Of a stretch of 38,498 nt of DNA, positions 15,001-24,500 are shown in pieces. The DNA comes from a virus (Duplodnaviria > Caudoviricetes), in the IMG/VR virus record IMGVR_UViG_3300020264_000019, positions 1 through 38,498 of that record, one strand, 5' to 3'. Each line of letters begins with the position of its first letter. Position 1 is the first letter of the stretch. The notes beneath the pieces were generated by a model. That model worked only from the letters and a program-made list of their open reading frames with translations. It was not told the DNA's origin and searched no databases. The position numbers and the translations under genes were made by a program.

Positions 15001-16611
15001 ATCAACCTTGCGATGAGTCCAATTGTAGAAAATAGCGGTATTATCGCCTCTTCTACAATTGATATCATCAATCTACCACCACCAGTTCCATTCTCTTCTT
15101 CTGCTGTTGTTGCTGATAGTCCAAAGCAAGTTGATTGGCAACTAGAAGAAGAAATTCAACTAGTAGAAGAAACTGGTGGAGGCATGTCTGCTGGTGTTGT
15201 AAAACCAATCCAGAAGTTCTCGTTTACTCTAAAAGATCAAGTACAGGTAATTGATGTATTCACTCAAACCAACGAATACGTTTCTCAAGTATCTGGTCGT
15301 GTTGCTGATATTATTAGCAATTCTGTTGTAACTGCTAGCAGACAGATTACAAGCACTGTACATAATATCATTCAAAATACTTCACTCAGTAACATCAACT
15401 ACTTTGAAGTTGCTGCTTATACTGAAGTTGATACTCCTGCTAATGCAACGATTATCTACATCCCAGATACTAGCAAGTTCAAACCAAATGGTTTCTTGAT
15501 GATTGGTGATGAGATGGTACGCTACATGCGTAAACTATCTGATAGATTCTTGATGGTTGAAAGAGGTCAGAGTGGAACAACTCCACAGTTCTGGCCAGCA
15601 GGAACATATCTAAGACAAGTTCCAGATCCAGTATCTGTTGCACCTGCAGGTGTTGCAAGAATTGTTTCTGTTGCATCCGTCAGCATGGTTGGCGCTGCTT
15701 CTGGTACTGGTGTTGGAACTGGTCAAGATAGAATTCGTTATGAAGAGCGCGTAACACCACCAGTAAGACAATCTGCTGTTGCATCTAGAGTTCTAACTGC
15801 CGAAGTTCAACCAGAAATCACTATTGATTCTGTATCCACTGTAGAGACTGTAGTTAGATACAGTATGCAGACTCCTGCTACTGCAATTACTTCGTTCAGC
15901 ACTTTACATAATCAAACTTCTGTAGTAAGTGAACTACAGACAGTACATGCTGAATTCAATGTTAGAAAAGAAGCAACTGAACTGGTTCTAAATCCACCTC
16001 CTGGTGGAGTAATTGATGGATACCAAGAAACGGTATTCATTACAGATCCAATTCAGACTAGACTAAATGGATTTGTTGATATTACAAATGAGTATGGAGT
16101 AATCAAGAGAGATAGCACAGTTGTCTTTGTTGCTAACTCCGTATTTGGAACTGGTAGCGATTATGTTGGACAATACACAAGAACAAATGTTGGATTTGTA
16201 CTTGGTATGTTTGATGGTATGTGGGATGACGGAACTGCAAATGCATCTGGATTGACACTTCTTGAAATGGATACTTTCTTCTCCGCGTTGACCATTAGAG
16301 ATTTTGTGGAGAGAAAAGACTCTCAATATACTCTGTCTGGTGAGAAGTTCAATATTTTACCACCATCAATTCAGAATCCTGTTACCTATTGCACCAGTTT
16401 CTCTAGTAGTTCTCTAGTAGCAGATTCTACGGAATACTTCCCAGACTCTGGTTACTTATTAGTCAAACACAATAGTGGAGCAAATAATGGGGAACTTGCG
16501 GTTTTCTCTTACACAGGTAGAGTTGCCACAGGATTCACTGGAGTCACTCTTTTCCGTGGAAATGGTGACCCACTAAGCGGAGACGAAATTGTTCCGTTTA
16601 CAATTGACTAA
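6001..16611 (+). CDS. gp7: giant baseplate wedge initiator gp7 (3536 aa) with many accessory domains
   Basis: Lies between gp6 and gp8; N-terminal LIKNI..FY..KGT..S..F.F; YQDYSYVVKS...HPAGFKLFG near 11420-11525; many GxGYxxxP repeats; YHYH-type domain; helical repeats at 12175-13515. Confidence 0.9.
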   Translation: MAAVKTKRISALIESQLPEFISTEYELFAKFVQKYYEGQEAQGGPLDVLSNLQKYADIDFYEKNLLKQNDSLALTISAADTNIVLVDASSFPKKNGYVRIGNEIIFYASRTDTVLQECSRGVSGNTTLGDLYSASDFQSTESAQHVSGEKVYNVSNLFLYALVKNFENQYLGSFPEKYLSGEVDKRTLIKNIQKFYKTKGTSSSIKFIFTTIVAKDEDIKPEVYNPKDFTYKASKSDWVNVFALKVKVISGDPKNLIGNKITQPETEEYQFVSATVDNVYPDGTADGEVIWNIVLAPETVTGEFAVSTKTTLEKDLPQTDGVGKRVNAFSTIGWGKTGEILINQETIAFEEKNITQFIIKNRGDVTYNHSAGDSIYKPVIIEGSGVSLLTLGVVYNFTPSTQHPYSTPKDKIQISNPGFETSDVKIVKTGTNESRWILNQNLSVNVPTNPSVVSELGQTSTDISAIFTDDQYYYITSSGFPSYKILDGSTVTEPVMDQKLLRIIRKEATRTTEKYKTPKSEVGILLNGARLYGYKDTESIRFGRLESLEVNTQGKGYAAAPFVLLDGASGKARAVLSGNVVERYIVDTDTVFPRVPTVEVTSGRGAVVTAVVTGDEITSLVIDNPGEYYSSPPLVRITDSNGKGRFADYTSIVDTDGRITGFNKISGGRFYGQNTVKVDILPVGSGASATPLLTEWNYNRFEKLKSNLDTEYGHLFQNYNNVLEYGYGHVGNPKALRIALNDNISNSGTEPATKVHSPILGFAYDGNPIYGPFAHEDPLDSASSIIRMTSSYSLNGSRSNGPSLTQYPLGSFTNDYTYTHKSGTLDENNGRFCITPDFPKGTYAYFLTIDSDQVPQYPYIIGDNFYSLPVDSNYNSNINQNDVPKNSKRYYIPGMPRNGEGVVAEVAEVKSGTVDALAIERSSGNFSVNSKVYFDNQGSGGSEAEALVASVKGKNVQYLDSFENKVVKLTTIQNAYLFTDDILRQPSSAASGTIVGTVKNDNVIVLKDVVGTFDNTGTFSADIKTFFILLDQKSSYTQGATLSLTDGINPPIATAEILNGTSSQNAVEIKVLSGDWLSFSDDYFLQSSDLFNTSGTKIVRLTSLSDNLEPFDVNQSVALIETDSNHGLGIGDSVNIDIFPEDALKTKNYYLRKRLYQEVVFKAPSFTTAIDDTGIGRFQVLNGGADYVAGTYNNVPLTGGTGTGATANITVSEAGIVSNITIQAKGSGYRKADYLGVDDESLSRALASLSTARLTLYVDHVGFAAGSSLLTVDSTTGISNGDLISVGEEILEVTNVTGANITVVTGKENTVAVDHYDGQEVSLYKARYNFDNGFQIGDTGTGFIQSYDLETQKAIIVYDYAIDKNTAQDVKVSSTFFDSSNPSRLVKVSSADPIEFKFEFSEDNVTYIPNPNIDIQEFYKYRFDTSHSSLTGTYFDLSPSKNYNIITTEKLASTVLPGNPGAFTDVKFGFGSRIADNNYQTKTGTDFTNFYYFDKNGIVDSDGKYLKIIVDPLQGTKTVNYVTPNRFVYDITSTPLWDGSGTITYTTTGQFAVGEINNFKITNLGLNYKKVPIVRGVDPNANFKAKATVLFDTNTNTIIGVRADELGSNYVNPKAVIVDGDGVDARFKIVVRNGSLFSITVENPGRGYTYAPVIEIVEGDVESYVDSDTIGVPQSINIIRNGGAFHLDKTVSSTFSSKYVVALKNFSGDFQKGETVIQKIGNTVVSRSVVSEWRSGSNLLKVENVVGSLRQNVSISGSTSRATGSVSSIFVSTFTENITAFFDNIGYYRSDRGKLGVSNQRLLDSNFYQDYSYVVKSKTPIDQWRELIKSTTHPAGFKLFGQVDIEATAAAEMPVELPQASHFSVIQLWDPNKNKITVENTRRTVTQIVQKVENQRIRRGIGSAATSEFNFNESRAFTFRIYNNAIGYYNDVIAEGKPWWAKNSLDGYYDDDGRLQGTTTFQLRDDKDQPFTPSSAKNLIITLDGVLQEPGVSYTISGDNIVFSQPPLGDSTKLTGANLSATTDYDGTTFYGRYFSFKDDQYNNRYFKKIRNIFQRGGRWLDSANQIERNREFIVQESVGYGQEKFPGLDWATKLDDYQRDIGFILDAYEHDVRFGGNIKTVDYTRIFTQDDDYNYITNNKTESLSIFKYATNLAKLAVRNWDVVEQGVAYIQGSTAMTVSDTNRLAVGMHVSSGRAFPEGTKIASIDSDTQITLSRAALENSGGGGGAPQGTTSYDGTSGGNIVSPTSTASVEPGDTFAIEPGDTFVAPTSFSSSDSATFYFSEINNGTFYDAADIIARNKQFIIEVVIEEVYTSPLVTTPASTETKCRRDIGFFIDAIVYHLRFGGNERVVEYARLYWTNAGYPAGEVLSNLGTSDEIDATVFAWTALSATLNQAMRQDYDGQTVNGVSFITDSNVAIDNQFPYCAEVASAIDSMTDIMIDIIETGTGAVDPTAINSTKQGNWTSLKAYTNYTIIPDTNLPSGECDDVISSIDSLYDNLDDVLTEQSVTKSLPDYVDGENKEFELYWEDGTPVSTEEDEDLFLSLNAVLQRPKYTAEYPGGDAYLITRDTIPNKLVFDVAPIWDQDFGAKSIGEATAVEKVVGVGVGNYKRLTIDYDLVNGERTGPFLILDVEDKTVQTVEDREYLYVFLDGILQREGYSYEVSGPNIYFKDAIKKEMKIDMRYLYGRDVGQILNIYDFAPDTYFATGTLVFEATPNTNTFFDIFQTYSWMGDKIGSPIHVWQVKPDGTYNVIGKVGNLFRTNTTIKFDIIKAQNAGIIDDLDIVFATEGAYDRNITLSANDHQNNITITLEKDEEGRKLLRSDNQIWAGTILGKTYKNPFVSLSNGDKIRVEGEEKFRNIKKLPSVTTSKDGRDGKQLSNDIFGAVSVETYSGITRGEGLSVIATIENGSVVSLSWNQRSYDPLTQPTAYQYFTPPVLEFIPENGEGGGAKAYVLVSKGQVVSVELVDGGSGYTEAPKVVVARKYQILNERDIGVSLINLAMSPIVENSGIIASSTIDIINLPPPVPFSSSAVVADSPKQVDWQLEEEIQLVEETGGGMSAGVVKPIQKFSFTLKDQVQVIDVFTQTNEYVSQVSGRVADIISNSVVTASRQITSTVHNIIQNTSLSNINYFEVAAYTEVDTPANATIIYIPDTSKFKPNGFLMIGDEMVRYMRKLSDRFLMVERGQSGTTPQFWPAGTYLRQVPDPVSVAPAGVARIVSVASVSMVGAASGTGVGTGQDRIRYEERVTPPVRQSAVASRVLTAEVQPEITIDSVSTVETVVRYSMQTPATAITSFSTLHNQTSVVSELQTVHAEFNVRKEATELVLNPPPGGVIDGYQETVFITDPIQTRLNGFVDITNEYGVIKRDSTVVFVANSVFGTGSDYVGQYTRTNVGFVLGMFDGMWDDGTANASGLTLLEMDTFFSALTIRDFVERKDSQYTLSGEKFNILPPSIQNPVTYCTSFSSSSLVADSTEYFPDSGYLLVKHNSGANNGELAVFSYTGRVATGFTGVTLFRGNGDPLSGDEIVPFTID
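12175..13515 (+). other. two nested phycobiliprotein-like helical domains in gp7
   Basis: LDSANQIERNREFI...YQRDIGFILDAYEHDVRFGGN; FYDAADIIARNKQFI...KCRRDIGFFIDAIVYHLRFGGNERVVEY...CAEVASAIDSMTD; closing helix CDDVISSIDSLYD. Confidence 0.6.
12760..12804 (+). repeat. 24-nt-period tandem duplication (EPGDTF x2)
   Basis: gaaccaggagacactttt / gaacctggagatactttt in a Gly/Ser/Thr-rich linker. Confidence 0.8.
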
Positions 16612-16632
16612 ATATTCCTATAAATATAAATA
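16607..16632 (+). promoter_or_regulatory. clustered late promoters for gp8
   Basis: Two overlapping perfect TATAAATA boxes (16619-16626, 16625-16632) plus ACTAAATA at 16607-16614. Confidence 0.85.
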
Positions 16633-16665
16633 ACTCAGGCACAAACACTACGTCGGAAAAAACCA

Positions 16666-18477
16666 ATGGCTGCTATTATCTCTGATAAGTTTAGAATTTT
16701 TAATGCGAAACAATTCCTCGAATCGCTAACTGAAGGTGCTACCGATACTAGCGCCGAGCGTTCCAGAATGTATTTCTTTGTGGGTCGCCCACAACCCTGG
16801 AAAGCATATCTCGAAGTGTACTCAAAGAGTGCAACGAACTTTACTGTAGGAAATGAAGTTTACATTGGAACTTATGGTTCCACTGCATTCCGTGCTACTG
16901 TTTCTGCCGTTTATGATAGTGCCATTCTTTTAACCGACGTTTTTGGCAGCAACGGAGTCAATTCTGCTCCTCCTCTTGGTAGTGCTCTAAAAGAGACTGC
17001 AGATGGCGGTTCTTCTGATACTGGTGCTACAGCAACCACTGGTGTTTATCGTTACGGTACTGAGGACGTTCCTCCCCTACCTCTCGATAACCAAAGAGAA
17101 AAGATTGGTCTCTACGACGAAATTATTGCTGCTAAGCGTATCACTGATTCTTTCGCAAGAACAGTTATCCGTCGTTACAACTGGGATCTAGTTGCTAACC
17201 CCAAGTATGACATGTGGAAGCCTGACTATGCTGCTACCCCTGGTGGCGGTGGTCAAGTTGGTAAGGCAACTGCAACAGGTCAAGACAGCATTGCAGATGC
17301 TAAGTTCTATGTAATGAACTCTGCATATGAAGTATTCAAGTGCCTCTACAATGGCGAAAATCCTTCAAACGCTGCTGGTCAGAACGCAACTGAAGAACCA
17401 ATCACTACAGGTGCTAACTATGATGCAGCAACTGGTCTCTATACCGAGACTTCTGGTGCTGGTTACATCTGGAAGCATATGTACACCATCCCAACCGATG
17501 ATGTTCTGAAGTTCCTTTCTTCAGACTTCATGCCTATTGTTCTCCCATCTAACCCTTCCCGCGTTTCTGTAGAAGGTTTAGCAGTCGCAGGTGCAGTTGA
17601 CGTTGCTCTAATCGAAGACGGTGGTAACGGTCTTCCCGCAGGTCAAACCCTCTACACATCAGTCAAGGGTGACGGTACTGGTGGTGTCGTAAGATTTGTA
17701 ACAGACGGCACAGGAACTATCACTTCTGCTGAAGTTGTTGCTCGTGGTTCAGGTTACACCTACGCTAACGTACTCCTCGGTAATGGCAACCTCTTCTCTA
17801 ACCAAGGACTATCTTCTGCAGTAACAACTGCTGGTGGTGCAACTGGTGCTATCGAAGTTGTTCTACCTCCTCAAGGTGGTCATGGTTCTGATCACGAGAC
17901 CGAACTCAACGGTAAGCGTGTAATGACCAACATCCGCCTAACCTACGCAGAAGGTTCTGGTGACTTCCCTGTAGATAACGACTTCCGTCGTATCGGTATT
18001 ATCAAAGATCCATTCAACTGGGGAACTACAACTTTCGCAACCTCTGATACTCTATCGGGTCTCAAGGCAGTCAAGATCACTGGTGCAACTGCTGATTACA
18101 TTCCTGACGAAGCAATTTCTCAGACTGTATCTGGTGGTACTGCATACGGCACAGTTGTTTCTTGGACACTCGACAGTGGTTCAACCACCGCTGGCGTTCT
18201 CAAGTATATCCAAACTAACGATGCTCACACTGATCAAGGTGTTGTAAGAGCATTTGAGAGCAATGGTGCTAACGCAATTTCTGGTGTGCAGTCTGCTGCT
18301 GCTGGTAATGTTGAAACTGGATATAGCAACACTCTCCTAGGTTCAACCTTCACCAACGGTCTAGCATCTCCTGAGATTGAGAACAACTCAGGCGACGTTA
18401 TCTACATTGAGAACCGTCGTCTAATCACTCGTGCTCCTGACCAGATTGAAGACATCAAACTTGTTATTGAATTCTGA
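16666..18477 (+). CDS. gp8: baseplate wedge subunit gp8
   Basis: MAAIISDKFRIFNAKQF, YFFVGRPQPW, FYVMNS.Y.VFKCLYN, GYIWK.MYTI, FRRIGIIKDP and C-terminal SGDVIYIENR..I.R..DQ.EDIKLVIEF. Confidence 0.95.
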   Translation: MAAIISDKFRIFNAKQFLESLTEGATDTSAERSRMYFFVGRPQPWKAYLEVYSKSATNFTVGNEVYIGTYGSTAFRATVSAVYDSAILLTDVFGSNGVNSAPPLGSALKETADGGSSDTGATATTGVYRYGTEDVPPLPLDNQREKIGLYDEIIAAKRITDSFARTVIRRYNWDLVANPKYDMWKPDYAATPGGGGQVGKATATGQDSIADAKFYVMNSAYEVFKCLYNGENPSNAAGQNATEEPITTGANYDAATGLYTETSGAGYIWKHMYTIPTDDVLKFLSSDFMPIVLPSNPSRVSVEGLAVAGAVDVALIEDGGNGLPAGQTLYTSVKGDGTGGVVRFVTDGTGTITSAEVVARGSGYTYANVLLGNGNLFSNQGLSSAVTTAGGATGAIEVVLPPQGGHGSDHETELNGKRVMTNIRLTYAEGSGDFPVDNDFRRIGIIKDPFNWGTTTFATSDTLSGLKAVKITGATADYIPDEAISQTVSGGTAYGTVVSWTLDSGSTTAGVLKYIQTNDAHTDQGVVRAFESNGANAISGVQSAAAGNVETGYSNTLLGSTFTNGLASPEIENNSGDVIYIENRRLITRAPDQIEDIKLVIEF

Positions 18478-18495
18478 TTCAAAACAGACAAAAAC

Positions 18496-18525
18496 AGTCC
18501 TCCCAGCGATGGGGGGATTTTTTTT
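18496..18525 (+). terminator. Rho-independent terminator after gp8
   Basis: AGTCCTCCCA-GCGA-TGGGGGGATT stem with a GNRA loop, followed by a T run. Confidence 0.9.
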
Positions 18526-18531
18526 ATCTCT

Positions 18532-18539
18532 ACTAAATA
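18532..18539 (+). promoter_or_regulatory. late promoter ACTAAATA
   Basis: Variant late box just after the terminator and 35 nt before ATG 18574 (SD GGAG at 18566-18569). Confidence 0.7.
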
Positions 18540-18573
18540 CTAGAGACTAGATACTAGTATTTGGCGGAGTACG

Positions 18574-21500
18574 ATGCCTCAGAAGACTAACCTAAATGTA
18601 AATCCTTATTATGAGGACTTTGACGCGAGTAAGAATTTTTATAAGATTCTTTTCCGTCCTGGTTACTCTATTCAAGGTAGGGAACTAACTCAGCTACAAT
18701 CAATTCTTCAGAACCAAGTTGAAAGCTTCGGTAAGTATGCTTTCAAGCAAGGAGAGCTAGTTATTCCTGGAGAAGTTGGTCTTAATACAAAGTTAGATTT
18801 TGTAAAATTATCTTCCGTATCTGAAGTTGCTGTTTCAGAAGGAGATGATATTGTATATAAAAAGTATGATATCACACAGTTGGTTGGTCAACAACTTCGT
18901 GGTTTGACTTCTGGTGTTCTTGCGACTGTACTCTCCGCAAAATTATCAACCGAGTCTACTTCTGATACTCTGTTTGTAAGTTATCTAAACAGTGGTAACT
19001 CTAATGCAGAACCTACTTTCCGCCAAGGTGAAACATTGGAAGTTGTTGATGGAGTAAACACTCCTCTACTAGTCGTCGGAACTGATGGAAGTGTTCTTCC
19101 AACTAGCATCAATGTAACAAATCCAGATACTGGAGAAGTTACTGCGCTAGAAAGTCCTGCTATGGGATATGGTTCTGCTGTAAAAGTAGAAGAAGGTATC
19201 TATTTCATCAATGGGTATTTTGTACGTAATGATGAGCAACTCCTCGTTATCGACGAATACTACAATAAACCTTCCGCAAAAGTTGGATTTACAATCAAAG
19301 AAGAAGTTGTAACTCCTGAAGAAGATGCTTCTCTTTATGATAATGCAATTGGCAGTTCTAACTACACTGCACCTGGAGCTCATAGACTAAAAATTAGTTT
19401 AGAAATCAAAGAGTTTGCTCTAGATGCAATTACAGACAAAAACTTTATTCAACTTCTAACTGTATCAAGAGGTATTGTACAGAGAAAAGTATCTCCCGCA
19501 GATTATAGCATCCTGGAGCAAACTCTTGCAAGAAGAACTTTTGATGAAAGTGGTGATTATGTAGTACAGGATTTTTCTATCGACATCAGAGAGTATGCAC
19601 AAAGAGATAACAATAGAGGTCTCTATGCTGCCGATGAATTTGATCTATACAATGGATTGACTGCTGGCGAAGCATCTAGAAAAATGATCGCCAGTATTGG
19701 TCCTGGTAAAGCATACATCAAAGGATATGAGATTGTCAACAAAGAAACTAAGTATCTTGAAATCAATAAAGCAAGAGAAAGTCTTAGCAGCGACAACGTA
19801 ACTCTGAAAACAAAGGGTCTTCCTACTTTTAGTATTACCAATGTATTTGGTAGTGTTCCTCTCAACAAAGAAGGCGCAGATCTAACTGCATATCCAACTG
19901 TATTCTTATATTCCACATTCAATGATGGATATGCTGGTCTATCTGGAACTGAGTTAGATTCTAACTATAGACAAACAAAGAGCAGAAGAGGACAATTCTT
20001 TGAGTCTTCCAATGATGTAACCAAAGATAGTAACTATGGTATCAAGACAATAACTGTACAAATTATTGATGCCACAATTCCTATTACTAGTATTGTTCCA
20101 GCAAATCTAGAGAATCTATTCCCAACACTTTATTATGTAAAAGTTAGAGGTGGAACAAATACTGTAGGAAGTCTTGAAGTTTTATCATATTCAAAAGTTT
20201 TCAAACCACTAATCAACACAGGAACTGATGAAGCATCTAGATTCCTTGAGGTTACTGTTGCTGGTCCTAAGAATGATTTAGATAAACTTCTCATCGAATA
20301 TGACGAGACTTCCTTAGATGGAAAAATTAGAAAACTATTCATCACCGAAAATGATGCATTGGGCGATGAACAAGCAGGACTAGCTTCTACAGCGTTTGGT
20401 AGAGTAGTAGATTATAGTGATACCATCACACCCGTAATTGGTACAGCAAAACCAAGTAACTTCTATCTTCAGGAAAGAGGTGTTGGATTCAATTCCGATT
20501 CTGATATCGTTCTTTCTAAAGGAACTTTAGAGCAAGGTGGTGATGCATACACCGCTAAATTTGCACTGTCGTATCTAGATCCACAATTCTTTACAAAGAT
20601 CAAACTTCAGAATGTACCACCCGATGGAACTTATGGAATTGGTACGTACATTTTTGGTTTGACAAGTGGTGCTTATGGTGTTGTAGAAGGAGGTCCCAAT
20701 GGATTATACTCTACTAACAAAACTTTATTTGTAAAGACACTGTTTGGCAAGTTTGTATCTGGAGAAACTCTCAAGGATGAAGCAGGAACTCTAGTCAAAA
20801 TTGCTAGAGATAATACCATTTCACATTTTGTTGTTCAAAGTAGAGGTTCTGGTTATCCAACTGGTACTAAAATTATTATTGATGGTGTTACTTACGAAAA
20901 TGATCAGTTTGACGTAAAAATTTATTCTAATGCTGTTTTGAATATTGACAGTGAGATCTACAATATTGCTGTTGGAGATACTGATTTACTGGAATACACA
21001 AAACCACCTGTTGTCGCTTTCGACACTGGTGTATCTCAACCAGCTCTAGCAGCGGGAGTAGTTCCTGTTCTTCATAGAAACACGGTAACAACTTACACAC
21101 CACAAAATGTAAAATCTTTTGGATGTGGTTATGGTTCTGATGGAACGAACTACTTTACTGCTGATGCTGTAGTAGATGATAGAGATTTAGCAACTGTACA
21201 ATCTGTAACCGATTTTACTTTCTTTGGAACTAAGGGAACTAAATTCCTTGAGTCTACGAGTTTTAGTGCAGATGCCAGCAGCATTGTTCAGCAAGGAGAT
21301 CTAGTTCAATTCTCCGATGCATCTAATAATGTTATTAGAGCAATTGTTCAATATGCAACTACACAAAAAGGATCTTCTAAGACAAGAATTTATATTGACG
21401 AAACTTTGTATGATGATGTAACTAGCACTAGTGTAGTTCTTTTGCGTCCTAGAGTACAAAATCCAAACTCTGGAACTTTATTGTTCCCAACTGGAAGCAA

Positions 21501-24500
21501 GCAAATTCAGAAAATCTCTTCTGGAAATGATGATACTAAAATCAAGTATTACTTCAGAAGAGACTTTGTTACTTCTGGATCTAGTGGTGGTGGTACTATC
21601 ACATTTGCTGCACAACTACCATTCGGTACACAAAGATTCACATCTTTCACCGAAGAGAATTACATTATTACTGTTTTGAATAAGAACAGTGCTGATCTAG
21701 TTGAAAATGGAGACATTGTGTACATCGATCCAGATGCTGTAACTGTTTCATCCTCAACTGATACTGCTAGTGGTCTAACTTCTGGTAGTATTACATTTGA
21801 ACTACCAACATCTTACTTCAACACCAATGTTGCTGGTGTAGCAAATTATGTTGCACCTGTTCTAAAACTAACAGCAACACTAGAGGTATCAAATGCAAAA
21901 CCAAGATTGAAGACAGCAATCAAGAACAAGCGTATTGTTATCGATGCAGCTGGTGATAAAGTCGTTCCGCTGAGAGGTACTGACTACGATTCAGATGTTA
22001 TTGAAGCATTGTCGTTCTCTGATGCATACAAACTACGTTATGTTTATGAAGGAACTAGCGCACAACCACCTGAAATTGATAGTGCTGGCAATTTGATTTC
22101 TGGTACAGATGTAACTAATAGATATACATTTGATAATGGACAAAGAGACACAATTTATGATGTTTCCAGAATTGTAATCAAACCAGGATTTGAACCAGCA
22201 GTTGGACAATTAGTGGTTGCTTTTGATTACTTCGAGCATTCTCAGGGAGACTTTGTAACTATTGATAGTTATCTCCATGAAGCAGGAGTTTTGGAAGAAG
22301 AAATTCCAACATTCAATTCTTCAGTTCTAGGAAATGTAGAACTCAAGAACGTTATTGATTTCCGTCCAAAAGTCAATAGCAGCACAATTGTTGCTGGTTT
22401 CCAAGATAAAGCATCACTAGAAGTTATTACAAGCAACTTTACAGGTGCTGGTTCTGTTGTAGCAGCAACACCTGCTCCAGATGCAAATCTAGAGTATACC
22501 TTCTCGTTCAGTCAGATTCAATATCTTGACCGTATTGATGGTATTTTCCTCAATAAGAATGGAGAGTTTGTTGTCAAAGAAGGCAATTCTTCACTAAATC
22601 CATCCAAACCAGATCCTGTCAAGGATGCTGTTGCTCTCTTCTATGCTTACATCCCAGCATATACAACAACTAGTAAGGATGTAAGAATTACTCCTGTTGA
22701 GCATAAGCGTTACACAATGAAGGATATCGGCAAACTTGAGAAGCGTGTCGAACGTCTAGAGTATTATACCACTCTAAGCATCCTTGAGCAGCAAGCATTG
22801 AACATGCAGGTCAAGGATGAAATCGGAATGGACAGATTCAAATCTGGTTTCTTTGTAGACAATTTTGAGACTCATGGTATTGGCAATTTAGTCTCTGCTG
22901 ATTATAAGTGTTCTATTGATAGCAGACAATCTGTCCTAAGACCACAATCTAAAGAAGATTCAATTCTTCTCAGAGAAGTCAACACTAGACAAGATCAAAG
23001 AGCAGTTGCTGGTTATCAAAAGACAGGCGATATTGTAACTCTACCATATTCTAGTTTGAAGCTTCTTGGAAATGATTTTGCTTCCAAGACAATCAATCCA
23101 AATCCATTTGTTGTATTCCAGTATGTTGGTGAAGGATCTGTTTCGCCACAAATTGATCAATGGTATGATACCAGTCTAGAACCTTTAGTTGTTGATACTA
23201 ACACAAGTCTTTACGATATTTTCATCGCAAAGGATGACACCAAAGAAAGTCTTTCCAGTCTATATGGTTCCTTCATTGTAAACTGGGTTGGTTCTTCGCC
23301 TGCTTTCACTACAATCAATTCATTGGGTGAAACAAATACGGGCAATGCCAAAGCATCTGTAAAAGCTGCTTCTGTTGGAAGTTCTTCCAATATCAGTCCA
23401 CAAAACAACGATCTAGGTAAAGGCGTACAAACTAAATCTGTTGGAGAAAGTGTAGTATCTACTTCACTGCAATTCTTTGCAAGATCGAGATTGATCAAGT
23501 TTGTAGTTGGAAGACTCAAACCCCTAACTAAAGTATCCGTATTCCTAGAAGGAAGAAACGTTGCACGTTGGGTAAATCCTGATTTGAGATTTACTGGTAT
23601 TGCAGGCAATTCACCATCCGCTTTCAATGGTGATCTAGTAACTGATGAAAATGGTAATGCTAGCGGTTTGATTATTTTACCTGCTGGATATGCTCCAAGA
23701 GAAAATGCAACTTGGACTGGAGATGTAGATACTGTAGAGTATGATGAAAATTCTGAAGAGTTGCGCTTTACAACTGGAGAACTAACCTTTAGATTTACAT
23801 CCAGTGATACTAATGCAGATAAGACAACTGTAGATACTTATGCAGAAATCAAGTATTTCGCTACTGGTATTCTACCACAGAATCCTTCTAGTATTGTATC
23901 AACAAAACCATCTATCTTCAAATCTAATGAAGGAGTTCAGTTTGTCGAAAGCAATACTGACAATCCACTAAGACCCAACCCACTTGCACAAATTTTCAAG
24001 GTTGAGAACTTTGATGGTGGTGTATTTGTAACTGGTACTGATCTCTACTTCAAGAGCAAGAGCAGCAATATTCCAGTTAGAGTCTATATGACAAATGTTG
24101 ACTTTGATAAACCTGCTAAGAATATTATTCCTGGAACAGAGAAGACTCTAACTCCCGAGACATTCCTCAAGTGTTATACATCTGGAAATGTTTTGGTGAC
24201 AAGAGGAGAATTTGTAGTTGGTACAAGTTCCGCTGCTTCTGGTCCTATTGCTAGAATTATTGACAAGAATGGTGTTGAACTAACTCCATCATCAACAGGA
24301 GTTTATTCTTTGACCAATGAGCAAGTATACACACTTGTTCTTGGAAATCATAATGGACGTTCTTTCTTGCAGAACGAAGATCTAGAAATTCCTTCGGTAA
24401 CACTAGCAAATGCTACTGGAGGAACAGATCTAAAACTATCAATTGCAAAAGATAGTGGTAAACTGTCGGATATCAAGATTGTTGATCCTGGTCTAAACTA

